This document shows, piece by piece, positions 34,901 to 46,204 of a stretch of 64,000 nucleotides of DNA (positions within the stretch are counted from its first letter, which is position 1; every line of letters begins with the position of its first letter). The translations under genes and the position numbers were made by a program. The stretch spans positions 1,488,001-1,552,000 of the forward strand of contig OZ361260.1 in assembly GCA_977018835.1 (NCBI GenBank), given 5' to 3'. The DNA is from Minutocellus sp. GHC0000111 (lineage: Eukaryota). The notes beneath the pieces were generated by a model. It saw only the letters and a list, made by a program, of their open reading frames with translations, made no database searches and was not told where the DNA came from.

Positions 34901-35652
34901 CTCTTCTTGCTCTCCCCGCTGGCGGCAACCAGCATGGCCAGCAGGACCTCGGCATTCTTCTCTTCCTGCCTGGCCTTGTCTTCGGGGCTCATGCCGGATT
35001 GCTCCCCACCGTCGTCACTGTCGCTGTCCTCCTCCTCGTAGTCCGTGCCGAGAGTTTCCAGAGTTTGGAGGGAGTCACCCCGATCGACCCGCCGTCTACG
35101 ATTGGTGTTGCTATTGTTGGAGCTGGTACCTCCACGCCTGGATTGCGATTGAGATTGAGACTGCGACGCCGCCCTTCCATTGCCGCCGTCGCCACCGCCG
35201 GCCTCTTCCTCCTCCTGCTCTTGCCGCTTCTGCCGTCGCTTCTCCCTCCGTTCCCTCCTCCGTTGCATCCTGGCATGAAATTCCTCCTCGGCCCTGCGCT
35301 CTTCGGCATCAATGCTGGACAGATAGGCGTGCAATTCCTCCAACGCGTAATGTGCCGAGGTTGCCGACGACGTGGCCAGGGGTGACACGACGGTCATAGT
35401 CTCCCCAACGAGGGTGCAGGCGGCTGCTCGTGCCGCGGATGGTTTCGATGGACCGGCCGCCTCATCGGCTGCTGCTGCATTATTGGTATTGACATCATTT
35501 ATTGGGTCACCACCGCCCTTTGTCGATTGGGTATCTTGGGCATTGGAAGCAGAAGCCGGGTGCACCGCCTCCAACGATGACGGCGGTTCCACGAGCAGGG
35601 AGAGGCTGGCAAATTCGGCAACAGGATACGGGTTGGAATGAAGGAGCTGCAT
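31939..35652 (-). CDS. Muniscin/TCUP-type mu-homology-domain protein; one intron at about 32378-32499
   Basis: C-terminal VALNEDL...VDGMIQV...MKYK...SPVPI/RVQTR...PPGGVWD...VLWCV...FPVVVR; DPF motifs in a long disordered linker. Confidence 0.8.
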
Positions 35653-35938
35653 TTTGCCTCTCGGTCAACACAATGCTCACTTACGCCCTGCCCGCCTGTC
35701 ACAATCAATTCGTTGCTTCTCGAGCTGCTCCACGTTTGTTACCACAAGTGCCGTGGGGTCGGCCGGCGACCGGTAGCGGTATCTGCTCTCGTCAAAGGAA
35801 AGTCAGGCGTGTGCTCAAGCGAGATGCGATGATCGAAGAAATCGCTCGAAAGCAGGTGATGGATGAAAGTGCAGACACCAGTTCCTGATTTTTGCGCCAT
35901 CTCTCAGGCATGTCAGCTCATGTGTGCATGTGCTCAAA

Positions 35939-38900
35939 ATGAACGGCGGCGTATCTTCTGCAAACCAGAAGCCGCCCAAACAATACACGCACGCTGATAA
36001 CACACAGATACCACCAAGGCAACACTCTCGACAAAGCATGCGCGGAGGAGGTGGCGGCATCGATCCGGCCGGTGCGGGGGCCGACCCAGGACTTGTTGGC
36101 GGAGGCGCTGCGGGGGCGACGGCGATGCGGTCGTACCGGCACGAGTTGTGCTTTCTCCCCACGACGGCAGATACCAATAATAATGCGGCGGCGGCGGCTA
36201 ATGCTGCGATCAAGTCGGGTGGTGCTGCTGGCGGTGATGATGACAATAAATCTACCGATAGCGATGGAAGCACCACCGACGATGGCGGCGGCCACGATGA
36301 GCCGCAGCCGAAGCAGCCGCAAAAGCCCGAGGCCGCTTCAGCGGAGAAGGCTCACGCTGCAGAGCCTCTCGAGCTGGTCGGCGGAGAGAATTTCCTTTCG
36401 GTGATTCGGACCGCTTCCACAGGCCATGGTGGTGGAGCCGCTGCAAGCAACGGAGATGAACTCACGCTCACCGTCGGTCCCGACCCAACGATACCGTGCG
36501 AGGGTGAGAGCGGCAGCTGTGGGGGTGTCATCCTCCTCGTCGATGTTGATGGGCAGTACGTGGCCATCAAGGACATTCGGGATGGTGGCAGCGGTGCAGC
36601 CGCACGTGCAGTCCAAGAGGCTGCCAGCGGAGCACAGATCTATCTGCTGAGGCGCAAGAGACGTCAGCTCCTCGCAGCGACCGCTGCTGCTGCGGCGGCG
36701 GCGGCTTCAGCGCCCGTCATCCCACCCCGGCCAAGTCCGACGGCATATGCACAGCTGCAGCCAAAGGAGGGAGATGCCGTGCACCCAGGCGACGAGAAGA
36801 AGAAGGACGGTGCCGACATTGAGCGGGGATACGACACCGACGACGAGAATGATGACTACCTTCGCCAGGGTGGGGAGCAGCCCAGCGTGGCCCGGAGCAA
36901 GCACAGCGGTGCCGGCGGTGGTGGCAGTGGAGGAGTCGGAGGCCTATCGAACGGTAGTGGCGTCGAGTATGGCCCGCCAGAACCACTTCCAAGGAGACAG
37001 ATGCGGCTCTTGCACAGGGGAGATCGGCTCGTGGTGCGGTTGCAGGGAGGCCATCGGACCATCCGGTTGGAGTATCATCAGAAGAGGAGGCTCGAGGTCG
37101 ACTCCGTCAGCACCGACGATGCCCTGATGAGTACATCGGTCGATGCTGCCGCGGCGTATAGTACCAATGCCGCCGCCGATGGCGGAGGAAACGGCGCAAA
37201 GGTTGCGTTTGCAGTGGCAGCCGCCGGGGCAGAAGGAGCTGCAGGTGAAAGAAGTCCCAGCAACAAGTTGAATGGCGCTCCCTCGCCGTCCCGCAAGGCT
37301 GCTTCGCCGGCGAAAGCCACAGGGAGTCCCCAGAAGGAGCCACCTGCATCGGCCCATCCTCACGGACCGGCTCGAGGCACCATCACCTTCCAGGACGATG
37401 ACGATACCACCACGACGGATGGGGCCGTCCGAAGGTTGATTGGCATTTCTGTCGCTGGGGGGAAGCAGAGCGGAGCTTCATCCGATGGGGCCAGTACCAA
37501 TGCTGCGGTCGTCGTGGAGGCCAAGAAAATCGATCATGGAGATGCCCAAGCGGTAGGAGGAGGGACGAGGGGTAGCGGCAGCAAACCTGCCGCGCCCATC
37601 CCAGCCGTAGTCGCAGCCCCTGCGGGCGCCACGAGTGGCGCCCCAAAGAGCGCACGTCGATCGTCGGCACAGAGCCCTGAGCAGCAAAAACGCTTTTCTC
37701 AATCTCCTCAGATGGAAGGTGACGACGACGACGAAATGGAGGAGTACTCCTACTTAACGGGAGAAGTCATCATGAAGGATCAGGGCTATGTGAGTGCTAT
37801 CACTGGCGATGAGGAAACCGACATGGAGCAGTCGGCTGAGATCGCTCATCGCAAGCGCAGCAAGATCGAGGCTGCAAACCGGGCCCTGGGAATCGATACC
37901 GCCAATAATGCCATCGGTGGCGTCACTGAGACGACCAAATCAGCGGGGGGCCCGCAGATTGACGGCAAGCCTTGGGCACGGGAGACCGAAGAGGATGCCG
38001 CCACGGCCTCGGCAGTAGTTTTGGACGCAAAGGCTGAGAAGAAGGTGACAATCAGAGGAGATACTAGTAGTGGTGGGAAGGCGGGCGCGATCCAACTTCC
38101 CAAGGCAATCGAATTTCCGAGCCAGCCCTCCAACGAAATGCCACCTCCACCCTCAACCGTGGACGTCACGGATACTGCAATATCACCATTGCCTTCCACA
38201 CAAAGATCTGCGAAGAACCCGGGCGACGAAGCTGGTGAAAACGTGAAAGTTGCTGCAGCAAGCTCGAGCCCTGACGAAAAGAAAGATCCAGAGGTACCGG
38301 AACCAATGGACTTGGAGGATGAGAATTCCAAAGCAGACGACAAAGCTGGCGACGAAAAGTTTTCAGATGCTCACGAGGAGCCAATGTTTCTCACAGCGCA
38401 AGAAAAAGATGATAATGACGACGATGATTCTGACGAAGAAACACGTGACGAAGACAATGCAGGTACGGGCGGCGATACAAATGATGTGGAAATGGAGGAT
38501 GCGCAAGTCGCCGATGCCGTTGTGCTCAATGGCGACACCGATAGTGATGGCTCGGATGCCGACGACGAGAACGAGGAAGGAGGAGCCCTGACCCAGGCAT
38601 ATCCTATGCCAACTTCACCCGGTACGTCTCATGTCGATGGCGTCAACACTCCCGAGAGCAGCCCTCACCGCTCCCACGCTAATGCCGATGTTGATGATGA
38701 CGAAACTACTACCGCCGGACCTGATCAAGACGACGCAAGTCACCAATCGATAGATATTTACGACCAACCAACCCAGCCGAATCCTGCCTTGCACGGATTT
38801 GCGGAGGATTCACCGGAAAAGTTTGATCTCGACACGCAGCCATTCAACCCAAGAGAGGCATCACCATCGCCTGGACGGTCGTCGCAGAATAGGGGTAGTG

Positions 38901-40966
38901 CAGCGGCGGCACTGGCCACCGTCAACGAGGAAACAGAGGCAGGGAAGCGTCCAAATAAGAGTGAGAACGATGGCTCTGGCGATAGTGGAGGCGGCGACAA
39001 TGGTGACGACGACTCGGCCACAACCGCAGGGTCCGCACCACTGCTCGACGAGAAGAAGGATACAGCCAAAGTGTTTACCACGAATAAGACAGAGGACGAG
39101 TCTATTCCCACAGACGCGGCAGTCGCAGCTCTGTCTGTCCCCACAAGTGTTGCTGGTGGAGACACCCCCAAGCCTCATGCATCTGTCCCAGCCCAGGAGG
39201 CCGTGGGCGATGATGAAATCGATAGCGATGCGACGGAAGACGAAAATGCCATCACCACGGAAGCAGCAGTTGGCGCTCCTAGTGCCCTAAGTTCCTTGCC
39301 TACCAGCGATGCGGGTGACAAACCCAGTAATGATAATGACGAGAGCGATAGTGAAACGGAAGACGAGAATGAGCAGCAGAAGAACAGTGGTGGTGCGGCC
39401 GGAAATATAACTTCGCCTGGAGCTGCCGCGCAACCTGCAGATTTGCTGACCTCCATTGCTCTTTTGAGCCAAGACAAGGAAGAGGAGAATGATGATTCTT
39501 CTGAAGAAACTACCGTGTGTCAGATGGACGTATCCGAAGGTGACGAGGGTACGGATGACCAGGTAGATAAGAAGATCCTCGACGAGGCTCTTGTCGAAAA
39601 AGCTCGTATCGCGGCTAAGGAGGACGCGGAGAAACGTCGCCTGGAACAAGAAGGGCTCATCCAAAGGGAACAGAAACGCGAACGGCTTGATAAGGAGCGC
39701 CTCGATGCCAACATTCAACTACTGGAGAAGATCAAGTCAACTCGTGAGGCAAATAGGAAAAGAGAAGAGCAGAAAGCTCTTGCAGCCGCTCAGGAAGCCG
39801 AGAAGAAACGCCTCGAGGAGGAAAGGGTGGCTGAAGAGGCTCGCATCGCCGAGGAGAAGCGTATCGAGGAGGAAAGGGCGGCGGCTGAAGAGGCTCGTAT
39901 CGCCGAGGAGAGGCGTATCGAGGAGGAAAGGGCGGCGGCAGCCGAAGCCGAGGCAGTGGCTACCGCTGAAAAGAAGGCGGAGGAAGAACGCATCGCGGCT
40001 CAAAAGAAAACAGAAGAGGAACGTGAGGCAGCGGAAGCCAAGGCCGCTGAGGGACCAGATACTTCGCAAAAAGAGGAGAGCCAGTCACCGAACAAGCGCC
40101 AAAAGAGAGGCCGGTATAGCCTCCGAGATTCCGAGGATGTGGAGGCCGAAGAAGAAAAGGAAGACCAAGAAGAGGACGACGGCATCCGTGTCATCATCAC
40201 TGGCATCACCGTTACGGCCAAACTTAAAAAAATGGTGGAATCAATCGGCGGTGAATTGATTGAAATGGTCGACGATGCCACAACGGCTACTCATGCTATT
40301 GCCGGTGATGGGAAGGCACCTCTGAGAAGGACCCCTAAGCTCATGATATGCGTCTGCAAAATTCCCAACATTCTCAATCTGGACTGGCTGACGAAATCTT
40401 CCAAGGCAAAGGAAGCCCTGGACCCGAAAGAATTTCTCCTTCTCAACGACACGGCGGCAGAGAAGACATATGGCTTTAGCATGAAGGAAACCTTGAAGAA
40501 CGGCAAGGCCGTCAGGAATCAGAGAGGGGGATTACTCGGTGGTTGGTCTGTTCATTTTTGCAAGGGTGTTGCAGGAAAGAAGGCTCCCCCCGAGCATGAG
40601 CTTCGCTTAATTGTGGCCGCTGCTGGTGGTACATTTCTAAAAACGGCATCTGCGCGGGCTACGAAAGATGTTGATGCTTCAAAAGTGATCATTATCACAT
40701 CCGACCCTGCCACTGCTGCACAAAAGGCGAATAAGGATGTGAAGAGGCTTACGTCTCAAGGCGCGAAAATATTTACCACCAAATGGTTCTTCCATTCGAT
40801 TATTACTCAGCATTTGTCGGAGATCGAAGATGTACCTGTTGGCGCCAAAGATGATGATCAGAAGCCGGCAGCAGCGTCGTCTCCCAAGAAGGGCGGGCGG
40901 AAGAGGAAAGCGGCCACTCCGTCCAGCAGTAGTCCAAAGCGAGAATCCAGAAGGCGAAAGAGATAA
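35939..40966 (+). CDS. MDC1/PAXIP1-like protein with C-terminal tandem BRCT domains
   Basis: ATHAIA...LRRTPKLMI...ILNLDWL...FLLLND..AEKTYGF; second BRCT LIVAAAGG...KWFFHSIITQ. Acidic disordered middle region; EEARIAEE coiled-coil repeats at about 39810-39940. Confidence 0.85.
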   Translation: MNGGVSSANQKPPKQYTHADNTQIPPRQHSRQSMRGGGGGIDPAGAGADPGLVGGGAAGATAMRSYRHELCFLPTTADTNNNAAAAANAAIKSGGAAGGDDDNKSTDSDGSTTDDGGGHDEPQPKQPQKPEAASAEKAHAAEPLELVGGENFLSVIRTASTGHGGGAAASNGDELTLTVGPDPTIPCEGESGSCGGVILLVDVDGQYVAIKDIRDGGSGAAARAVQEAASGAQIYLLRRKRRQLLAATAAAAAAAASAPVIPPRPSPTAYAQLQPKEGDAVHPGDEKKKDGADIERGYDTDDENDDYLRQGGEQPSVARSKHSGAGGGGSGGVGGLSNGSGVEYGPPEPLPRRQMRLLHRGDRLVVRLQGGHRTIRLEYHQKRRLEVDSVSTDDALMSTSVDAAAAYSTNAAADGGGNGAKVAFAVAAAGAEGAAGERSPSNKLNGAPSPSRKAASPAKATGSPQKEPPASAHPHGPARGTITFQDDDDTTTTDGAVRRLIGISVAGGKQSGASSDGASTNAAVVVEAKKIDHGDAQAVGGGTRGSGSKPAAPIPAVVAAPAGATSGAPKSARRSSAQSPEQQKRFSQSPQMEGDDDDEMEEYSYLTGEVIMKDQGYVSAITGDEETDMEQSAEIAHRKRSKIEAANRALGIDTANNAIGGVTETTKSAGGPQIDGKPWARETEEDAATASAVVLDAKAEKKVTIRGDTSSGGKAGAIQLPKAIEFPSQPSNEMPPPPSTVDVTDTAISPLPSTQRSAKNPGDEAGENVKVAAASSSPDEKKDPEVPEPMDLEDENSKADDKAGDEKFSDAHEEPMFLTAQEKDDNDDDDSDEETRDEDNAGTGGDTNDVEMEDAQVADAVVLNGDTDSDGSDADDENEEGGALTQAYPMPTSPGTSHVDGVNTPESSPHRSHANADVDDDETTTAGPDQDDASHQSIDIYDQPTQPNPALHGFAEDSPEKFDLDTQPFNPREASPSPGRSSQNRGSAAAALATVNEETEAGKRPNKSENDGSGDSGGGDNGDDDSATTAGSAPLLDEKKDTAKVFTTNKTEDESIPTDAAVAALSVPTSVAGGDTPKPHASVPAQEAVGDDEIDSDATEDENAITTEAAVGAPSALSSLPTSDAGDKPSNDNDESDSETEDENEQQKNSGGAAGNITSPGAAAQPADLLTSIALLSQDKEEENDDSSEETTVCQMDVSEGDEGTDDQVDKKILDEALVEKARIAAKEDAEKRRLEQEGLIQREQKRERLDKERLDANIQLLEKIKSTREANRKREEQKALAAAQEAEKKRLEEERVAEEARIAEEKRIEEERAAAEEARIAEERRIEEERAAAAEAEAVATAEKKAEEERIAAQKKTEEEREAAEAKAAEGPDTSQKEESQSPNKRQKRGRYSLRDSEDVEAEEEKEDQEEDDGIRVIITGITVTAKLKKMVESIGGELIEMVDDATTATHAIAGDGKAPLRRTPKLMICVCKIPNILNLDWLTKSSKAKEALDPKEFLLLNDTAAEKTYGFSMKETLKNGKAVRNQRGGLLGGWSVHFCKGVAGKKAPPEHELRLIVAAAGGTFLKTASARATKDVDASKVIIITSDPATAAQKANKDVKRLTSQGAKIFTTKWFFHSIITQHLSEIEDVPVGAKDDDQKPAAASSPKKGGRKRKAATPSSSSPKRESRRRKR

Positions 40967-41084
40967 ATGGATGTACCAATATACATACGCACAATATATG
41001 TTTTATTGGGTGTAATTGCACACATATTTTTGTGACTTGACTTGGTAAATATATTTGATCATTAGAAAATATTTTTGTAGCCTT

Positions 41085-42422
41085 AACTTTTATTTTGATA
41101 GTAGCATCCTTGGTGCCTGATACACCCTCCATCTCAGCTCCAGGGCAACCCATCGATATGATGCCGTCTGAAGTGCGTCGAAGCTTTTTCTTTCCAAGCT
41201 TAGTGACAGGATATTGCTTCGCCAACCCGCAATCTGCCATGAAGCTTTGGAACTCTTCGTTAGGTTCAAGCGTATACCATATATATCCTTCACACGGGAG
41301 ATCTCTATCTACTGGACATTCCTCCATGGTCCGCAACAAACCTTCTCGTTCCTCAGCTGTGTCGATGGGAGCAAATCGGTTCGCTTTAGCTGTAGCTCTC
41401 GCATCCTCACCAAGACTCTTGTTCAAATATTCATCCCACACCTCTGAATCGACGAGCCTTACCGAGAATCCATATTTTTCATGCGCATCGGCCAACACCT
41501 GAATTCCATCGGCAAATGTGTTTCCAGCAGTATTCCACCTCTTTGGTGGCCCATACTCTATCAGCACATTTTGAACTCGCTTCGATTCAAATAGCGTATT
41601 CGCTGATGGCACAGCATGCAACTCAAATCCCTCAACATCAATTTTGAGACAAGCGATATCTCGAGTTTCTGGAGGCAAAAAGAATTGGCCAACGTCATAG
41701 CACACTCTGCCCAATCTTTGAATGGAAATGACGTGAAAGAACGAATAAAAGTATACAATTTTGCAATATTGGGGAAGAGAGAGTTTGTAGGTATGGAAGG
41801 GCAGGAAGAACGCGAGGGAGCTGTTGCCAATGTAGTTCGAGGGGGTGCTGCAAACGGCGACAAAGCGGCAGTCGGGATGGTCGAAGCTCGACCAATTTCT
41901 GATTTTTTGCGGCTCAATGGCAATGACATCAGCCCCCAATCGAGCGGCAAATATAGCGAACAAACCGTGATTCGATCCCACATCGACCACCAGCGGCCTT
42001 TCACTAGGACGGCGCCTCTTCGCCTGATCTACCGCGTCCTTCATCAGTGCATAGGCATTCGTCTCTCGAAAGACATGCGCTCGAATCAGGCCAGCATGTG
42101 ATGGATTACGTAGCACAAAATTGAGTCTCATCCCAAACATGTACATGGATTGTTCATGGTAATCACCATGGGATTGATTTAGACTGTACTGTCGCGGTGG
42201 ATCCAGGGCAACCAATGAAGAAGCAGGAGGGACGACGGATGAGGATTTGGCGCTTGGGGGTTTGTCAACCTCACGCGGCGGCGGTGAAGTCACCATGTTC
42301 AATTCCTCGGAAGTCAGAGGCGGAGTTGTATCGAGTGGTGTGGCCGATAATGCAATCAGGTACAGGCAGACAGTCGCGACGATCCCGAGAAAGATGTTGT
42401 AAAGTGACGGCATGGCGGTCAT
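41085..42422 (-). pseudogene. FkbM-family methyltransferase, apparently disrupted
   Basis: TM anchor, VVDVGSNHG, IAIEPQ, LKIDVEGFE, IEY. After EPQ the frame runs into intron-like pyrimidine-rich DNA with no donor site, and the 3' end runs into AT-rich UTR-like sequence. Confidence 0.65.
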
Positions 42423-42496
42423 GGCTGCGCTGCTCTGGGCTAGTGCCCCCCTACCCCCTAAGAAGCTACACGTACTACGTAGTAATTCGATTCACC

Positions 42497-44044
42497 TGGG
42501 ACAACCGGCACCTGGACCACACCAGCAACAGCGGTACACAGCAGCACCCTTCAGCAACCGCGCCACCTGATGATGAGGCATCATTTTTCACTGTGTTCTT
42601 CGCCTCTGCCGGACCACCGAGGCTCCTCGTCTTGGCCCTCCTGCTCAGTCTCGGGATTGGCTCCATTGTGTCCAACGTCCCAGAGGTCTTATCGGACCGC
42701 TTCGCACAAATATCTCATCACTACGATGGTGCTCCTTGCTCGACATTTGATCGCAACGATATGCCGTTGGAATGCGTTCAAGGAGGAGAAGATGCGCAAA
42801 GGTTCGCGGCGAATTTCAACTTGGCGAAGAATGTGCTCATACTGCTCTTCGCTAGCATAGTTGGTTCAGTTTCAGATTGTAGAGGGAGAAAGGGTTTCTT
42901 AGCACTTTCCTTCGTTTTGTCATCGCTTGCGCCGGTTGTCTTGGCCCTAATGCAATGCATCAGAAGCATCCATCCAATATGGTATTATGCAGCCGATTGC
43001 AGCAATGGTCTCATATCTGGTATGACGCTGATGCTCACGATGCTATCGGATTGCCTGCCTGCCAGATTTAGAGCTGCTGGTTACGGCTTATTTTTGGCAT
43101 GCTTTCTCTCTGGATTTGCCTTTTCCCAAGCTTTGGCGCTTGGTCTAGGCCACGTCGGTGTATCTATTGCGTCAGCCTTCCTTTTGCTGTCTGGTTGTTT
43201 CTTTACGCTCTGCTTTGTGCCCGAAACACTAAACGAAGAATCAAAGTTGAAAGCGTTGGAAAAGCAATCCTCAGAGGAAGATGGTCTGTTGCGAACAATT
43301 ATTCGTCCTGTGACAGAATTGAAAATACTGAATCGCAATAAATTCTTCCGTCTGTTGGCATTTGTATCCTTTTGCTCGGCATTCATCTATTCAAGTGATC
43401 AAACTCTTGTAGTTTACTACATGGAAGAACATTTGGCTGTTCACGATGAAATGGTGGCGTATATGCTTGGCGCAATGAGCTTGTTGGGGGTCGTCGTCCA
43501 AGTCGTTTTGCTCAATAGAGTAATATCATTTCTCGGCGAAAAAAAGACACTGATATTGGGCTTCTTCTTTGGCACATGTCACAATCTGATGTATGGAAGT
43601 GCCAACTCTCAGCGCACAATCTTTGTGGGTCTTCTCCTCTCGGAACTTACAGGTTTGACATATCCAGTTATCATCGCCATGAGATCATTTAATGTAGGAG
43701 AAGAAGAGCAGGGCCACGTCCAAGGTGCTTTCTTCGCCTTGGCATCGATTGCCAATGCTCTGGGACCGGTGTGTTTGCAAGCAATTTACGACCGAACCAA
43801 ATATCTGCCTTATCCAGGGCCAGGATCTATGTTTCTTTTCGCCGCATTTGTTTATTATATCGGATGCGTCGTTGCTTGCCTTCTACCGGCGGACAAAGCC
43901 AATTGTAATTTGTCAGAGTCGGAAGCAGAAAATCCAGGCGAAGATGGCGACATAACGGAAGATGAAGAAGCAAATGAAACATTGTCAGATTCGTCGATCC
44001 TGGCATCACAAAGGGAGCCGTTACTGGGGGCAGCAGAAAGATAG
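42497..44044 (+). CDS. MFS transporter (HIAT1/TetA-like); start codon not evident
   Basis: GSVSDCRGRK motif A, PETL, EEQGHVQG, about 12 hydrophobic segments. Confidence 0.88.
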   Translation, partial: WDNRHLDHTSNSGTQQHPSATAPPDDEASFFTVFFASAGPPRLLVLALLLSLGIGSIVSNVPEVLSDRFAQISHHYDGAPCSTFDRNDMPLECVQGGEDAQRFAANFNLAKNVLILLFASIVGSVSDCRGRKGFLALSFVLSSLAPVVLALMQCIRSIHPIWYYAADCSNGLISGMTLMLTMLSDCLPARFRAAGYGLFLACFLSGFAFSQALALGLGHVGVSIASAFLLLSGCFFTLCFVPETLNEESKLKALEKQSSEEDGLLRTIIRPVTELKILNRNKFFRLLAFVSFCSAFIYSSDQTLVVYYMEEHLAVHDEMVAYMLGAMSLLGVVVQVVLLNRVISFLGEKKTLILGFFFGTCHNLMYGSANSQRTIFVGLLLSELTGLTYPVIIAMRSFNVGEEEQGHVQGAFFALASIANALGPVCLQAIYDRTKYLPYPGPGSMFLFAAFVYYIGCVVACLLPADKANCNLSESEAENPGEDGDITEDEEANETLSDSSILASQREPLLGAAER

Positions 44045-44189
44045 TTCGACTTTATTACATAATTTGAATCAAATGCATATTGAAAGGTGTGCTTTATTAC
44101 GAGTCTATATAATAGCTAGTAGCTTTGCGGTGATAATGTCTTATTGGCTCGGTACTTCTTCAAAAAGGAAAAGCCGAGAGGAGAGCCTT

Positions 44190-45790
44190 CTATAGATCAT
44201 CGACGTTGTCGTCAAGATCCTCAACATCATCATCAGGAGGTGATGCCTGAGCTGAATCATTATTGCTTTCCGATAAGTCCATATCGGTAACACCCGAATC
44301 GCTGGAAAAGGAAGGACTCCCGTTTGTCCCCTCCTCTGTGAATTTTTGTCGCCACGCAGTAAGATAATGCACAAGTTTGTAAAAATCAATCCACAAGCCC
44401 TCCACACCAAGAGCATCCCTCATAATTGCTTCCATGTTCGCCAACGAACTTGACGGGACGCCAAATAGTGTGGATATCTCGCAGTAGGCTCCATCATATT
44501 CAATACCACCCTGACCTCGGCCAACCCGGCATGAGAGGACCATTGCGGCCAATACAAGTCTATGAACTGTCCGGGGCAACAATGGTGGACACGGTTGAGA
44601 TGATTCACCGTTATAGCCATAGTACCGTTCTGTGTCGACGCTGCATGCTCGATCCAAATATATCAAGGCTCGTGCCAGCATAATTGGTATATCTTCATCG
44701 GAACATTCCATCGCCCGACATATCTGTTCAATATATTGTTGCAAATCCATCCCCCATCTTCTCAACCCCGTCAGGGAATCTGTGGAAGCTCCATTTCGTG
44801 GACTGTCCGCATGAAATATAGTGTGCTGGTTGGGATTAGAATGATATGCTTCCCCCGATTCTGGATCTGGACGTCTGACCTTGGGCTGCCACTCGTGCTC
44901 ATTTTGGTGCTGTGATTCCTCCATCTTTTGTCGAAACGGTTGCATTTGCCACGTTGACTGATGCTGTTGATGTAGTTGCGGTTGCGATTGTGAGGGCGGC
45001 GGCGGCGGTGGTGGACGCGGTGGCTCTAATGCCTCATTTTCATTCACCAAATCCATATGCAAGTGCCGAAGGGAATCGTCGTCACTATTGCGATAGGCAT
45101 GCGGAGCCTCCGTCCCCCGACGAAGTCTTTGATTGATCTCAACAGTCAACCGCAAGGCCAAAGATGCTGTCTTCGCGTTCATCCGACTTATCGATGCCAC
45201 TTGCGACAGATAGGCCGCCTGGGCTGCCTCGGCTTGTGCCTGCGCTAGCTGTTGCTGTTGCTGATAGTCATCACAGCCATATCCATGCCCATATGGTATT
45301 GCTGCAGTTGATCTTGTGGTTCTTGGCCATTGTGGTAGCCATAGGGTTGCTGTTCGCCCTGCTGTGCATCATTCATGGTTTGGTTTCCAGAATTGCCATC
45401 TGCATCTGCATCACCATCGTTATTGTTATTGTCGCTATCGGAATACATCCCATCGTCAAAGAAATCGGCATGTCCACCCCTTGGTATTGTTACCAAAAAC
45501 GTTGGACGGTGCCTTCTGCCGACTCCACGTCGCTGTTGTAATCTTCGATCGAGCAGCACATCTTGTGCTGGTGTTCTACGCAGCCGCTGCATCTTCAATG
45601 ATCCCAACGCCGCAGAAGATACTCTGTGAAATGGCAGGGCATCGACTACTGTTATTGATGCTGCTGCTGCTGCCGCCGTCGCGGCGACGAGGGCCGCACG
45701 ACCAATCCATGTGATGTCAGTTGAGCGTGGTGGCGGTGGCGGTAGTGGTGCCATTGGTCTCGCCACCGAAGGTGCTCTTGGCCTTCTCAT
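44190..45790 (-). CDS. Cyclin-like (P/U, PHO80-type box) protein with an N-terminal signal-like segment; one-base frameshift at about 45296
   Basis: LQQYIEQI, ALIYLDRAC, TVHRLVLAAMVLS, FGVPSSSLANME. The upstream ORF 45245-45790 joins it if one C is added at CAA TAC C(C)A TAT. Confidence 0.7.
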
Positions 45791-46204
45791 CTCCTCAAAT
45801 TAAAACAAGAAAGATGCAACGCCAGCCTCCTATTTGCATCAACCTTCACAGGTAGGCACATACAAGGCGATGGGCGGGAGGAGGGAGGACTGACTGGTAT
45901 GGTGGCTGGTGGCGGGGGTCCGGCGGACCACGCACTTACAGGTGGCAATTAGGTTTATGTAGTGAAATTTCTGGAAAGTAGTGAAATTTTCCGAGCCCTT
46001 CTAACGGTATTTGAGGGTAAAAAGTACATTATTCACTACAATATCACTCATGAAATATTATAACACTATGGTAGCCATCGTACAGTACGTACAGCACGTA
46101 CGTCGAGTTGTAGGAAGTGATGTGCGTCAGCGATCGCTCTCTTCTTTTCGCCCGGCCCCAGCCGCGCCACAAACAAACCAAGCGGCAAGCGGCAAAAAGT
46201 AACC

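Noticed and set aside
40803..41085. Real coding overlap between the FkbM ORF and the BRCT gene
   Set aside because: The extension crosses AT-rich UTR-like DNA and is more likely a lost stop or indel.
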